Source: Psammoneis japonica
Lineage: Eukaryota
Length of the DNA: 64,000 bases
Assembly (NCBI GenBank): GCA_008632985.1
Contig: QPGO01000014.1
Span: 758,289 to 822,288, forward strand
Direction of reading: 5' to 3'
Shown in pieces: positions 48,199-59,752 of the stretch. Below the pieces are notes generated by a model. It was not told the origin of the DNA. It did not search any database and worked only from the letters and a program-made list of their open reading frames with translations. The stretch's first letter is position 1. The number at the start of each line of letters is the position of its first letter. The translations under genes were made by a program, and so were the position numbers.

Positions 48199-49685
48199 CT
48201 AGAAACATTGGCTACAGCACTCACAAAATACTTTTGAAACACAGTCTGCCTCAAGTGTAGCAAGAGTACCATTCGCCACCCTCTCACAAACTGCGCCAGG
48301 CATGAATCCTCCCAGATTGTTATCCTGGAGCAAGAGACGTTTCAGCAACGTCATTTCTCCAACTTGCTCGGGAATGAACCCCAAGAGTTGATTGGAGCTC
48401 AAATCAAGCTCCACCATGCTTTTCAACTCTTGAATTTCGGAAGGAATTGACCTGTAATGTTGCAATTGGACAGGGACAGCTTTTGCAACGACTCCAAATC
48501 ATTGGAAAATGCCGGCAATTCTCCACCAAGCCTGGGATTCTTGTCTAGCAAAATCTCTGTCAAGTCATCACTACGCAACAACGACATAAAGGCCAAATCC
48601 CCCACCAAGTCTGCCTGTGCAATTTCCAAAACTTGTAGACGTTCTAGCTGACCAATTTCCTCTGGAACAGACGAGTCGTATTGATTTCCACTCAACACGA
48701 GTGTTTTGAGATTACTCAATTTCTCAAAGACGCTGCCCCGCAGCTCTCCCGTAAAAAGTGTAAAGGAGCAATCCAAGGTTGTCAATTGTGTCAAGAGTCC
48801 AATCTCTGTAGGAATACCCTCGTCATAGGCAAAGTTGGTTCCAACGAGAAGCAACTCTTGCAATTGATCAAGTTGTCCCAAAAAGTCATAGCCATTGTCC
48901 GAAAAGGTGGGATTGTCGGTCAAATCCAATCGCACTAATGAATCCTTTAATAGAATAATTTCCTCAACAAAACTTCCCGCTACATTGTTGTTTGCCAAAT
49001 CCAATGCCGACACTTGTCCATTCTCATTGCAAGTGACGCCTTGCCACGTGCATTCGTCGTCCTCGGAAACCCACCCATCGTCTCGGTTCCAACCCGCCAA
49101 GTCGGGATTACGAGACGATGCCAAGGTTCCAAAGTATATACAAGCCAGCGCATAGCGCTGAATAACCGAAATTGCAGTCAATCGTTCCGCACTCGTGTCT
49201 TGCAAAAACCTCAGAGCTAACGATTGATGGGTACCCACGTCATCAAACTCATCGCCCCCCTGCAGGGCTACCGACGAGAGCAGATTCAAGAGCGAAAGCG
49301 TTGGCGATGACGAGGGTGAAGCCGTACTGGGAGAGGCCGTTGGAGATATAGTAGGTGCAAACGATGGAGCAAGTGTACCGGTCGGAACGCTTGGAGCACT
49401 AGTGGGAGTTGGAGTAATGCTTGGCTCAAATGTAGCTGGTGCAGTCGGTAGAGTGGTTGACAGCATTGACGGATTTGGAGAAATAGGAGCCAAAGTTGGA
49501 GGAGAAGAAGAAACGGGCCGAAGACTTGGTGGAGGTGATAATTCCTTAGCCGCATTGGAACTAGATCCATTGTCGTCGTTCCCAATAAGGACAACGCACA
49601 AAATCACGGCTATAATTGCTGCAATCATCAAGAGCAACACAACAATAATGCCACCGTTGCGGCGCTTGGCTGTGCACTGCATCAT
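48199..49685 (-). CDS. Membrane-anchored leucine-rich-repeat protein with Pro/Ser/Thr stalk
   Basis: N-terminal TM helix; PT/PS stalk; QRYALACIYF, W.S..DEC.WQGVTC cap; IPTEIGLLTQL LRRs; C-terminal ADC...V.CECC..C. One frameshift at ~48445. Confidence 0.9.
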
Positions 49686-50580
49686 GCTGCTTAGACGTAA
49701 AACGAATGAACGAATCAATCAATATACAGCCTATTGTTGATATCGACGTCAATCAACTTTCTAGTGTTCGAACGACGACAACAACAGCATATGCAACGAC
49801 AACTCGAAAACGCAATGTTGTTTGTTATTTCAGCGAAAAGATGGCGGCAAAACTTGCCGGTGTGACAAGTGAAAAGATTCCCGCCAACAAAGCATTGAAA
49901 TATATTCGATTTTTAATAAGAGGATAAGCGTCATGTGCGCGCGCACAACGGACAAGGGATTTTTCTCGAGAAGAGCGGCCGTGCTGTTTCTCTAGCGTAT
50001 TCTGTGCATGTTGGGTCCTCTCTACTCTAGAGCTAGAGTAGCTATTCTATCTACAGCATCTATCTCTAGAGAGTATCTCCTGCGAACATGTTGTGACGAA
50101 AGGTTCATCTCCACAAATAGCCTTTCTTGGGGAGACCGTCACATTAATGTCACGGCCAATTGAAAGGACCAAAGAATTTCTGGTCTGCTGAATCCTGGGC
50201 ATGCGACATGCGGGACCAAAGAAACTGTTTCAGGTAGACGCCAGCCAGACGCGTGCAGCTTGATTCATGATTCGACAAAAACATGGCCAGGGGACAAAAG
50301 AAGAGCGTTCATCTTGTGCCATTGGTCCCAATGGCGAAAGGGACACAAGAGCTTGTTGCTGGTTTGCGGGTGTTTTCCCGCTTGAATTTTGAAATGGAAT
50401 CTTTTTGGACCTTTTGTTCGCGAGCTTTCACACGCAACGCATCTACCAGGAATGCTTCTGAGGAGCCTACTCGGTTGCATGTTGCACACGTTCTAAAGAC
50501 CGGCTTAGCAAAAAATCGTCTCTGAGGAGCACTTTGTATGCATCTTGAGCCTTCTTCCTACTCGCCCATTCTATAATGTA

Positions 50581-51897
50581 CTACTTCTCTTTCAACCAAC
50601 TGCCAAAAGCCCTGCCCACTTTCTTCTTGACAAAGTTAGTCACACATGCCCTTTGTTCGGGTGTTTTGGCATTCATTTCCTCCGCAACTTCCTTGACCAA
50701 CAAGGCAATGATTTCGCTACGGGCGTCACGCGCAAAGTACGACTCGACGGCATCAAACTTGGTCAAGGCCGACGTATAGGCTGTCGCCAAGACGTCATCA
50801 GCAATGACATTTTTGCGTTCCTTTTTTCGGACCGGCTTGGTAGTGCTACGCCGAGTCGCCTCGTTTTCTCGCTTGGAAACGGCCATGAGCAGCTCCACCA
50901 TTTCACGATCCACGCCACACAATTCAAATATTGTGTTGGAAAAATCGCGCAGTATGCATGTGAGCATGTCGTAGCCTTTGGATTCGTCTTCTAAGGATGT
51001 CTTCCATTTCACTAGGAATTCAAGACCTGTTATTACGACTCCCTCTTGAAGTTTGGTGTCCAACAGCTTGTCCTTGAGCACCACACAAACTTGCTTTAGC
51101 GCACCCTTGACCAAAAAGGGCACACACGATAGAGAACACTCGGTGAACAGGTTGGAAAGCTTATCATTGAGACGAATGGTAATTTTGCTTGCGTCAGGCG
51201 ACATTGAAGCAAGATATCCATTTGAGACGAGAGTCACAAGCATCTGCTCGGCATCGCTTGCTTCTAGATTGTGCGTCTGAAGGATGCACCAAAGGCGTAC
51301 CAACGCTTTCCCATTCCTCGCGGGTCATAGGAATAGCGACCGGGGTTGCACATTAATTCACCATATACCAAAAGCTTTGCGTTTTCGCGACAATGCCTTT
51401 GTCGTTTCTGCCAAGAGCCTCTCTTTGATTTGGGCAATGGTGTCAGCATCGGGCAAAATTCCGCTTAGCGGCACCTTTTGGTAGCTATCGCCCGTCACTA
51501 GCTGGCGCCGCCCAAAAGTGACTCCATCGCAGCGTACACCTAAATTGGTGCCATCGAGCTTTTCATAGCACCAAACGAACTTGTGCAAGAGTTCATTGCC
51601 TCTTTCTGCTTTTTGAAGTTCTCGACTACAAAGGCGGACACTGTAGGCTCGCTTGTCAAAGACAATGGGATAGAGTCGCCGTCTGTTGTGATTTACAAAC
51701 CGTTGACGCCACCAACGCTGCAACAACGTAACATTTACCTCGAGCAGGCGGATTCGTCCTTGTGCATGCGAGGCATACTTGACGCTCCAATTTTCAAACG
51801 ACGGCCACTGCGCCGGATTTGTCTTGGTTGTCATGAGAACAAGTGCTGTTCTGCTTTTATGTTGTTTGTTATTGTTTTGTTCTTGTCTTTCTTCCAA
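50581..51897 (-). CDS. ATP-dependent RNA ligase (Rnl2-like nucleotidyltransferase), two apparent frameshifts
   Basis: Motif I YEKLDGTN, FGRR, motif III VYGELM, WYAFG, motif IV EGVVI and motif V LVKWK appear in order across three ORFs. Confidence 0.75.
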
Positions 51898-52155
51898 TGG
51901 GAAGAATAATGTGGGAAAAGAAGCCTAACGAATCACCTACGTGCGCGTTGTGAGTGAGTCGTGCATGCGATGCGCGACTGAAAACTAATGCTGCGTTTCG
52001 AACCAAAGGGAAGCACGAACGGACGATGACCGAGTACGGGGCCCGCCCCCAGTTTCAGCGCTAATCACCATCGTCTCAGTTTGTTGAATTTTGACGGACT
52101 AGATATCTCTATAGGGAGCACGATCTAGCTTGAACGTTTTCATTGACCCGTTTGT

Positions 52156-53568
52156 TTAGACTTTGGCCCGCAAAGCAAACTCTTTCGCTCTTTGCTTGTA
52201 AATATACTTGCTAAGCACATCATGGCGATCAAACTGATGAACCACAGGTGACAGTGTCCCATCCCAGTTATGAACAGTCCAAGTGATTGCATTCGGCTTT
52301 GCAATAGCTTGCCGTTTCCCCACTCGTCCAGTTTCGCCGTTCTCATGGCACCCAAATTATTCATGGCGCCCAAGCCTTGACCAAACACCGTAATGCTTTG
52401 AATAGTTTTGGCATTTGCCAATTTGTTGGAATAATACAAGTAATTGTGGAACCCCTGATCGGCACCCATGAGTTTCACCAAGGTCTCGTCCGACTCGGCA
52501 ACCATGGCACGCAGATACGTTTCCAAGGCAATTTGCTCTCCCATGGAAGATCCTGAACAAATGGTGGGCTTGTTTTCCAAGACATGAATCACGTCTTCTC
52601 CATAGGCGTTTGTGATCCATTTGCGATTCTTGGGTGATTGGCCAATCCGAGTTGCTTCAGTGTTTTCCTGTAGTGTGCCGAGAGGAGCAGATGAATTAGA
52701 TTATGATTCTCCAAACGCTGAGATTACACAGTCATACTTACGCCGAAAAAATGAAGTAAGCCATCTGGTTCATCCTCGTTGCTTCGTGGGACATTTGCAA
52801 AAGGATCTGTCTGAAAATACGAGTCTCTCGCGTCAATCAGCATGAGCCAGCTGTGAGGCTTGTAGTGGAGGCTCCACATCCAATACAATTCATACCGAGT
52901 CGTTTGCAAGGTTCGCGGCGGTCGTGGGTCCTTGACTAGCGCCCCTTGATTGTCTTTGTACATGTCGTGTATTTGACAGAGTCGGATGCCACCCTTGGCA
53001 CTATCAACCGCCTCCATCTCAGCATTAAAGCACGACAGCGTTACAACATAAATCACCACATTAAAGCCGTCTTGGTTTTGTTGTTGCAACAGATAATTCT
53101 TGACGCTTCGCTTCTTTAAATCCTGTGATGCAATTGCCAATACACGTCTCCTGTAAAGCCCGTTTCCTTGAGAGTTTCCAAGAAGCACTGGTAAATGTGC
53201 AAGTCATATTCTGCAGCAAACGCAAACACGGCATCCACGTCGGGCCGGTGCTGACCATGCTCTGGTTGGAGACCCGCAAGTGCCGTGGGACCCACCATGG
53301 CGGAGGGCTTTGGAAATACTGAAGGTCCAACAACAGTGTGACTGGAAATAGTAAAGAGTTCCAACGAATGGTATGGATCAAAATTAGGTGACGCAGCCAA
53401 TCGACGACGACTCGATTTCTGAAGAACATTCGTGTTGGGAAGAAGGGCTCCTGTCGTTGCGTGCGATGAATAGAATGATAAACATCCACAACACCAACAA
53501 GAATGTCGTGTAAAGATGGCAAAGCTGACCGCCAACAAGAGAGGCGGTGGATGCGTCCAGGTGGCCAT
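52156..53568 (-). CDS. Putative glycosyltransferase-like type II membrane protein; one intron (~52668-52738) and apparent frameshifts
   Basis: TGFTGDV, RYELY, LIDARDSYFQTDPF, ICSGSSMG, DQGFHNYLYY and VVHQFDR motifs. Hydrophobic N-terminus. Confidence 0.7.
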
Positions 53569-54451
53569 TGTCGGGCTCGTTGAAAGTTGAAATGCAATCA
53601 GGCGAAAAAGAGAAAAAACAAAAGAAAAGAAAAAGCTGCAAAACGAACAAACAGCTGAAACAGAAAGAAAAAAGAGAAAAAGCTGGAAAAAGACGAAAGC
53701 CACACCTTAATCTGGCTCCTCATCAGCGGCACTGGGCAAAGACTCGGAGGATGGGGACAGGGTCTTCAAGTTCTTTCAGGACAGGATCAAAGCTGTGTTC
53801 TTTGTGGAATTCAGCCCGTGCACCAGTGTCCTTTCTTGGCAGTGCTGGCGCATGAGAACACGCAGCTCCTCCTCGCTTCTTGTTTGGCGCCTTCTTGCTG
53901 AGCAGAGTGGAGGTCACAGCAGAAAGCACCAGCCATGGCAGGGTTCACAAGTGCCAAGGCTGCATCTGTGGGTGTGTCAGGTCCAAAGCAAGACATGAAC
54001 TTGTGAGTGTTCAGGTTGCATGAGCACGAGGCATCATCTGACATGTGTGTGGTCAACACCAGGAGGGCCCGGCAGATGGCAGATGTGCCCCCCTTGAGTG
54101 CCAGCAGGCGTTGGTGGCGGCATTGGTGCAGGGCACTCATGTGCAGGATGGCAGCCAGTGGTGGTGTGCTCTCAGATGTCAAAACAGTGGGTGCCGGCAT
54201 TCTGGTGGAGCAAGGCACCAGCAAGCTCCATGTCGGAACATTGGTGGTTTGTCCCCACGGGTGTTTGCTGACCGGGTGATGAGGGTGCGGCAGATGGATG
54301 ATGCCAAGAGTGGGTGCAACCAGACTGCAGGTGCTGGGCTGCTCAGAATGGTGGTCACAACAGAGTGCAATGGAGCATTTGGAGTGAGTGGCAGCAAGTG
54401 CAGAACTTTGGTTGAGCCAGGCAGCTGCATTCTGCCAGTGCCAAGCCCTCC

Positions 54452-54885
54452 TGCCCTGTGCATGTGCTGGGTGCTGAAAAAGAAGATGTGTTACGACTTT
54501 GTCGTTGTGAAAATTATGAGCTAGTTTAGAGTAGAGAAAATGGGATCGTGCGAACAGGGAATCTTGCCAAATCCCTGTTCGTTCGCATTTGGATCGCATT
54601 AAATCGATCGTGCGTTCGCATTGTGGATCGTGCGAATCAAGCCATCACGCGCCATGCACGAGTGATGTCATCGTGTGGAATCACGCTACCATCGTGGGCC
54701 AGACGACGGGCCAGTGTGCTTCACATGGACGCTCTCTTAGCATCCTTCTGGAATTGCCTGAGACCTGGAGCCACGCCCTCCTGTGGTCGTGCTTCCCAGG
54801 TGCGTGTTAACAATGCTGCATTGCCACGTGCAAGAGGCTTGTGCACGGTCTCGCCGTGTTGTCTCCAGCAGCGAGGCACACTGCA
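54452..54885 (-). repeat. 3' LTR of Gypsy 2
   Basis: Direct repeat of 59321-59752. Confidence 0.95.
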
Positions 54886-54929
54886 CACTCCCCCATGATC
54901 AGGGCCGTCAAGTGACAGGATGTCTTGCT

Positions 54930-57900
54930 GGTGACAGGGTACAATCTGCCGTAGATTGCACGCATCTATCAGCGCTCCGTTCTGGACACGCAACGTGCCG
55001 TTGTCACATGCACAGACAACTCTGGCGGGTCCTGCACAGCTGTCAGAACCGCATTTAGAGGATTGTTCCTGTTTGATGAGTGCCAATTGCCCTACGGTGT
55101 GTTGATGCTCCTTGCGTTTCTGATTTTCACGCTTGTTGTTTAAGTGGACAAGCTTCTGCTTTCTGGTTTCTATGTGCTTCCACTTGGCACAATGGGCAAC
55201 AGATGAAACCGCATCGCGTCCGAAGACCAATTGCACGGGACTTGCACGCGTGGTCATGTGCACCGCAGCTCCAACAGCGAAGGCCACTGCGGAGAGGATG
55301 CCACTCCATGGGTCATCTTCGTCCAGTTCCACATCCTGCACTGAAAAGGAACGCACCATGTTGCCAAGTGTCTGGTGCACACATTCCACTGTGGCATTTG
55401 CCTGTGGATTCCGTTTGCTTGTGGGTTTCTTCAAAATCCCACAGTCATTTTTAATCATCTGGCTAAATTCTGCCATAAATTCTGTCCCACGGTCACAAAC
55501 CACCTGGGTTGGCCACGGACATCTGCACAGCCAAGTTTGTTCTACGACGTTTGCTGCGACGTCTGCACATTTCGCAGACACTTCTTTAATCTCGAACCAC
55601 CCGGTTGCTGGGTCAATCATTGTGACTGCCCACAATTGCAAGGTGTCCTTTCCACGTCTTTGAATTTTATGTGGCCCCATCATGTCCATGCATGGAGTCT
55701 CCCATGGAATTATCTCTGTGACCTTTTCTGGTGGCTTCCCATGATGCTGCGTTCGGCGTTTTGTCTTCTGGCATCGATCGCACTTAACGCACGTAGAATG
55801 CACCGTAGACCTCATGCCAGGCCAATGGAAGTGCTGGGCAACAGACATTTCCGCACGTGTCTCACCTGGATGACACAGTGTCTCGTGGTGCCATTCAGCC
55901 AGCGGAACCTGCAATGACTGTGGCACTGCGATTTTGTCCTTATGACAGATTAACTGTCGTGATGACCCTCCCCCACGACACGCGCGAATGGAGCAGTCGG
56001 ACGAGTCCTTGGCTCGTGAGAGCAGGCGCTTGTCCTTTTGTTGTGCTTTTTGAATGCGCTTGAAGCTAATGGGCAGAGACATCTCATCTTGCGCGTCTGC
56101 ATTAAAAGCTTCATGCAAAGGACGACTCGATGGAGTGTCTTTTACATCTGGATTGGCCTCGGAAGGCAAGCTGGGTGCTGGTCGAAGGCGACTAAGAGCG
56201 TCAGCGACTGGGTTGTGGGTGCCCTTAACATGGCGTAATTCGGGACCGCATTCTTCGCACATTGACCGCCAGCGCATAACGCGCTCGGCATTGAACACTT
56301 TGTGCGTAAGATTTTTATGATCAGCATGTGCAATTGTGCGATGACCAAGGAGAATTGTTCGAAATTCTTTCAACGTCTCCACAATGGCGAGCAATTCTCT
56401 CTCCGTTGTTGTGTGATTTAATTGCGCACTGTTGAGCTTTCTGCTGTAAAAGGCGACAGGTTTATTATCTTGGGATGTGACTGCTCCCAATTTACATTTA
56501 GAGGCATGGCATGTGTCTCAAAGGGTTCATTAAAATCAGGATGTGACAACAAAACATCATCCGATGTCACCCGTTTAACGGTTTCGAATGCCTCGTCTTC
56601 AACGGACGTCCACTCCCACTTAACAGTCTCGCTTGCGAGTCGTGTTAGCGGAGCCAAGACTTCAGAACGTCCAATCCACGTGTCTCGGCAGCAGTTCACC
56701 ACACCAACAAATGAAAGTGGGTCGCGTTCATTGGTTGGGGTCGCGATTCGCTTGATGGCGTCGACTTTATCAGGTGTTGGTCGCACTCCGTCTCTGTCAA
56801 CCAGATGACCCAAGCAATCTAATTGGGTTTGACAGAAGTGAGATTTAGTTGCGTTAACTTTTAGTCCTGCTTTCTGGACCCTCAACAAAACTTCTTCAAG
56901 TTTGTTGAGGTGATCTTCACAGGTGCCTTTCGTCACGACGAGAAGGTCATCTAAGTGCGTTCGAACAAACGACAGATCTTCAAATAAGCCTGACATGCGT
57001 TCTTGGAAAATGTCTGGCGAATTGCACAATCCCATGGGCAACACCTGCATCTCATGCTTGCCCCACGGGAAGATGAGCATGCAGAGCTTCTTGCTGTCAG
57101 TGTCCAATCGGATGTGACAATGGCCCATGTTTGAATCCAGTGATGTAGCCCACACAAAGCCTTCGAGCTTGAGCAGCACATCTTGGATGTGAGGAATCGG
57201 ACAAGGCAATCGCTTGATCCGTTTGTGCAGCTCTCTGAAATCATTGGTGAAGCGCACCGTTAAATCTTTCTTCGGCATGACAAATGATGGAGCTGCCCAT
57301 TGGGATCGGTTGACGCATTTGAGAACACCGATGCGCACCAGGCGTTCTACTTCTTTACGCAGCGTAGCTTCGCACGCATGAGGTGCTTTACACGGACGAG
57401 CGTGGCATGGTTCTACACCCTCCTTGAGTTGGATGTGGCAGGGTTCTCCCTTCCATTCTCCCAATGTCCCATCAAACAAGGACTCATGGCGTTTCAATGG
57501 TGCCAAAAGGTCGTTTTGTTGAACCACAGAAAGTCCTGTTGCCCCTCGCGTTGTGTCCTCGAGGCAGGCCGGCGCGCACTCAGCATCCAAAATGCGCGAA
57601 ATCCGGTCGGTTTCCGAAGATGAGGCTTCTGGATCTTGAAGATAGAAGGAGGTTTCTACCGCAGCATCTGCGTGCCTCATTGGTGCTTCTCCATTGACTG
57701 GTGGCCACTCTGTCATCCATTTAGAGAAGACAATGTCAATGCCTTGCGTCTCCAGAATGTCACGTCCAATGATCACATCGCACTTGCCCAACTTTCCGTT
57801 GTGTGCGTGGACGGCATGCTTGAGTTCTGCAGTTTCGGACAATTCTGGCAACCGAAATTTAACGGTGCAGTCGTCAGACGTGCCAAACGAGCCTGCTGCC

Positions 57901-58145
57901 GTGGTCCAGTTTGTCTCAGCCGTTGAATGGCTTCGCAGACATTTGCAGCATCGACTGTCAAGCAGGGTGCTGCCAGCGCCACTGTCTGGCAGTGCCTCAA
58001 TGGTTTGAGTCTTGCCCTTGCCATGTTTGGCATTCACAGCCACAAACAAGATTGGAGTGAGATGAGTCTTTTTAACTCGTTTGCGGGATTGGCCCACAAC
58101 ACGTGTACGATGGTAATTCAGTTGTTCATTTGTGCATTCATCCAA
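54930..58145 (-). pseudogene. pol: Gypsy 2 pol, frameshifted near 56500, with pervasive Tyr->Cys/His
   Basis: ALPDSGAG, DVIIGRD, DFRELHK, LPMGL, THLDDLL, AFYSRKL, DHKNL, LCHPG, IDPATGWFE, DRGTEF, NPQANA.VE. Confidence 0.95.
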
Positions 58146-58189
58146 TGTGTCAAAACTGCCTGCATCGTGTCGGCCCCCTTCTCAGGCAT

Positions 58190-59226
58190 CCGAATCTTCG
58201 GAATCACTTAAGTTGAGGTCGCGGAAGTGATCAAGCTCCTCCTCACGTGCCTTGCGCTTTTTCTGAGCGTTGGCAAAGAACTCCTCGACCTTCGATCCGA
58301 TGAGAGTGTCAATGTCTTCCTCATTCCGAGGTTTTGCATTGGGCTTGCCGCCTCCATCATTGGAATGTCCAGTCTTGACACATTTCACGTGGTGCTTGAG
58401 CTGACGGCAATCCTCCGTATGATGTCCACAGTTAGTCCCGTGCAGCACACACTGACTTCTGGGTGTTCCGTTGGGTCGTGATCAACGACTCAGGATTGTC
58501 CGTTCTACGTCCCCGCTCACGTGGAACCTTAGCATGTTGGTCCTGGTTACCTTCGGCAAGCTCGACCTGCTCGATGCGCTCGCAGAACTGTGCAAATTCG
58601 GCAACAGCATGTGCCAACGGGTCAAAATTCTGCAGCGTCATGAACTTCTGCCATGCGTTCGGCACACCGCACTCGAACACATCGCACAGTTCGTCATTGG
58701 GCAATGGTGCTGGTGTTTCTCCATCCTCCGTCACGGGTGGAAACTGAGAGACACAGCCGTTAATTTCAACAGCCCTCGCGACGCAGTCACGAGCAGAAAC
58801 CTCTGCGGGCTTGCGCATGAAGCGCCTCAGACAACGCTTCTGCAATGGCACCGCCCCATGTGGGAAGATGCTTTCCTTTAGCTTCGCGACGCATGCTGCG
58901 TACGTGGCGTTGGTTTGGGATGCCTGCTTGTCAGCGGCATTGTCAAATGACGTCAGAGCATCGCCCTGCAGTGGGTCACGCACAAGGGCAAATTTCGCTG
59001 GCCCGGTCGTGATGTTTTGTCCTTCGTGCACGCGATCCACGTTGCGCAGAAAGATTGGGAGTGTCTCGCATGTAGCCGCAGAAAGGTGCGGAATGCCCAT
59101 CTCGTGCGTTGGACCATCTGGATCAGCAGGGTTGTTACGTAGCTTGAACGTCTGGCACTCGCCCTGCTGCAGCTCTTTCTTCTCCGGCCGTGTGAACGGA
59201 ATCAGCGGCTCAATCCGCTTCTTCAT
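58190..59226 (-). pseudogene. gag: Gypsy 2 gag (frameshifted; C-terminal CxxHGxxxxHxxxxC knuckle)
   Basis: LQGDAL..F, LQKRCLRRFMRKP, VPNAWQ, FCERIE; C.LHGTNCGHHTEDCR in ORF 58182-58448. Confidence 0.85.
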
Positions 59227-59320
59227 GGTCGTTTTAAGATTTGTCGGTCCTGCCAACATTTCGTAGTTTCGTTTCTGTAGATTTCGTTACCTCGCACAAC
59301 ATGCGGGAGCAATGTTGCTG

Positions 59321-59752
59321 TGCCCTGTGCATGTGCTGGGCGCTGAAAAAGAAGATGTGTTACGACTTTGTCGTTGTGAAAATTGTGAGCTAGTTTAGAG
59401 TGGAGAAAATGGGATCGTGCGAATGGGGAATCTTGCCAAATCCCCATTCGTTCGCATTTGGATCGCATTAAATCGATCGTGCGTTCGCATTGTGGATCGT
59501 GCGAATCAAGCCATCACGCGCCATGCACGAGTGATGTCATCATGTGGAATCACGCTGCCATCGTGGGCCAGACGACGGGCTAGTGTGCTTCACACAGACG
59601 CTCTCTTAGCATCCTTCTGGAATTGCCTGAGACCTAGAGCCACGCCCTCCTGTGGTCGTGCTTCCCAGGTGCGTGTTAACAACACTGCGTGGCCACGCAC
59701 AAGAGGCTCATGCACGGTCTCGCCATGTTGTCCAGCAGTGAGGCATGCTGCA
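59321..59752 (-). repeat. 5' LTR of Gypsy 2
   Basis: Direct repeat of 54452-54885. Confidence 0.95.

Larger units (their letters stand above)
54452..59752 (-). mobile_element. Full-length Ty3/Gypsy LTR retrotransposon 2 (hypermutated)
   Basis: 434/432-bp LTRs TG...CA. 4-bp TSD ctcc (54448-54451, 59753-59756). PPT catgggggagtg. gag, PR-RT-RH-IN order. Confidence 0.96.

Noticed and set aside
42478..53568. Pseudogene or programmed-frameshift calls for the COA7-like, FkbM, LRR, ligase and glycosyltransferase genes
   Set aside because: Scattered 1-bp indels in many unrelated genes with otherwise intact motifs are better explained by an unpolished assembly.
54721..54929. C-terminal extension of Gypsy 2 integrase
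   Set aside because: Read-through across the PPT into the LTR after probable loss of a TAA stop.
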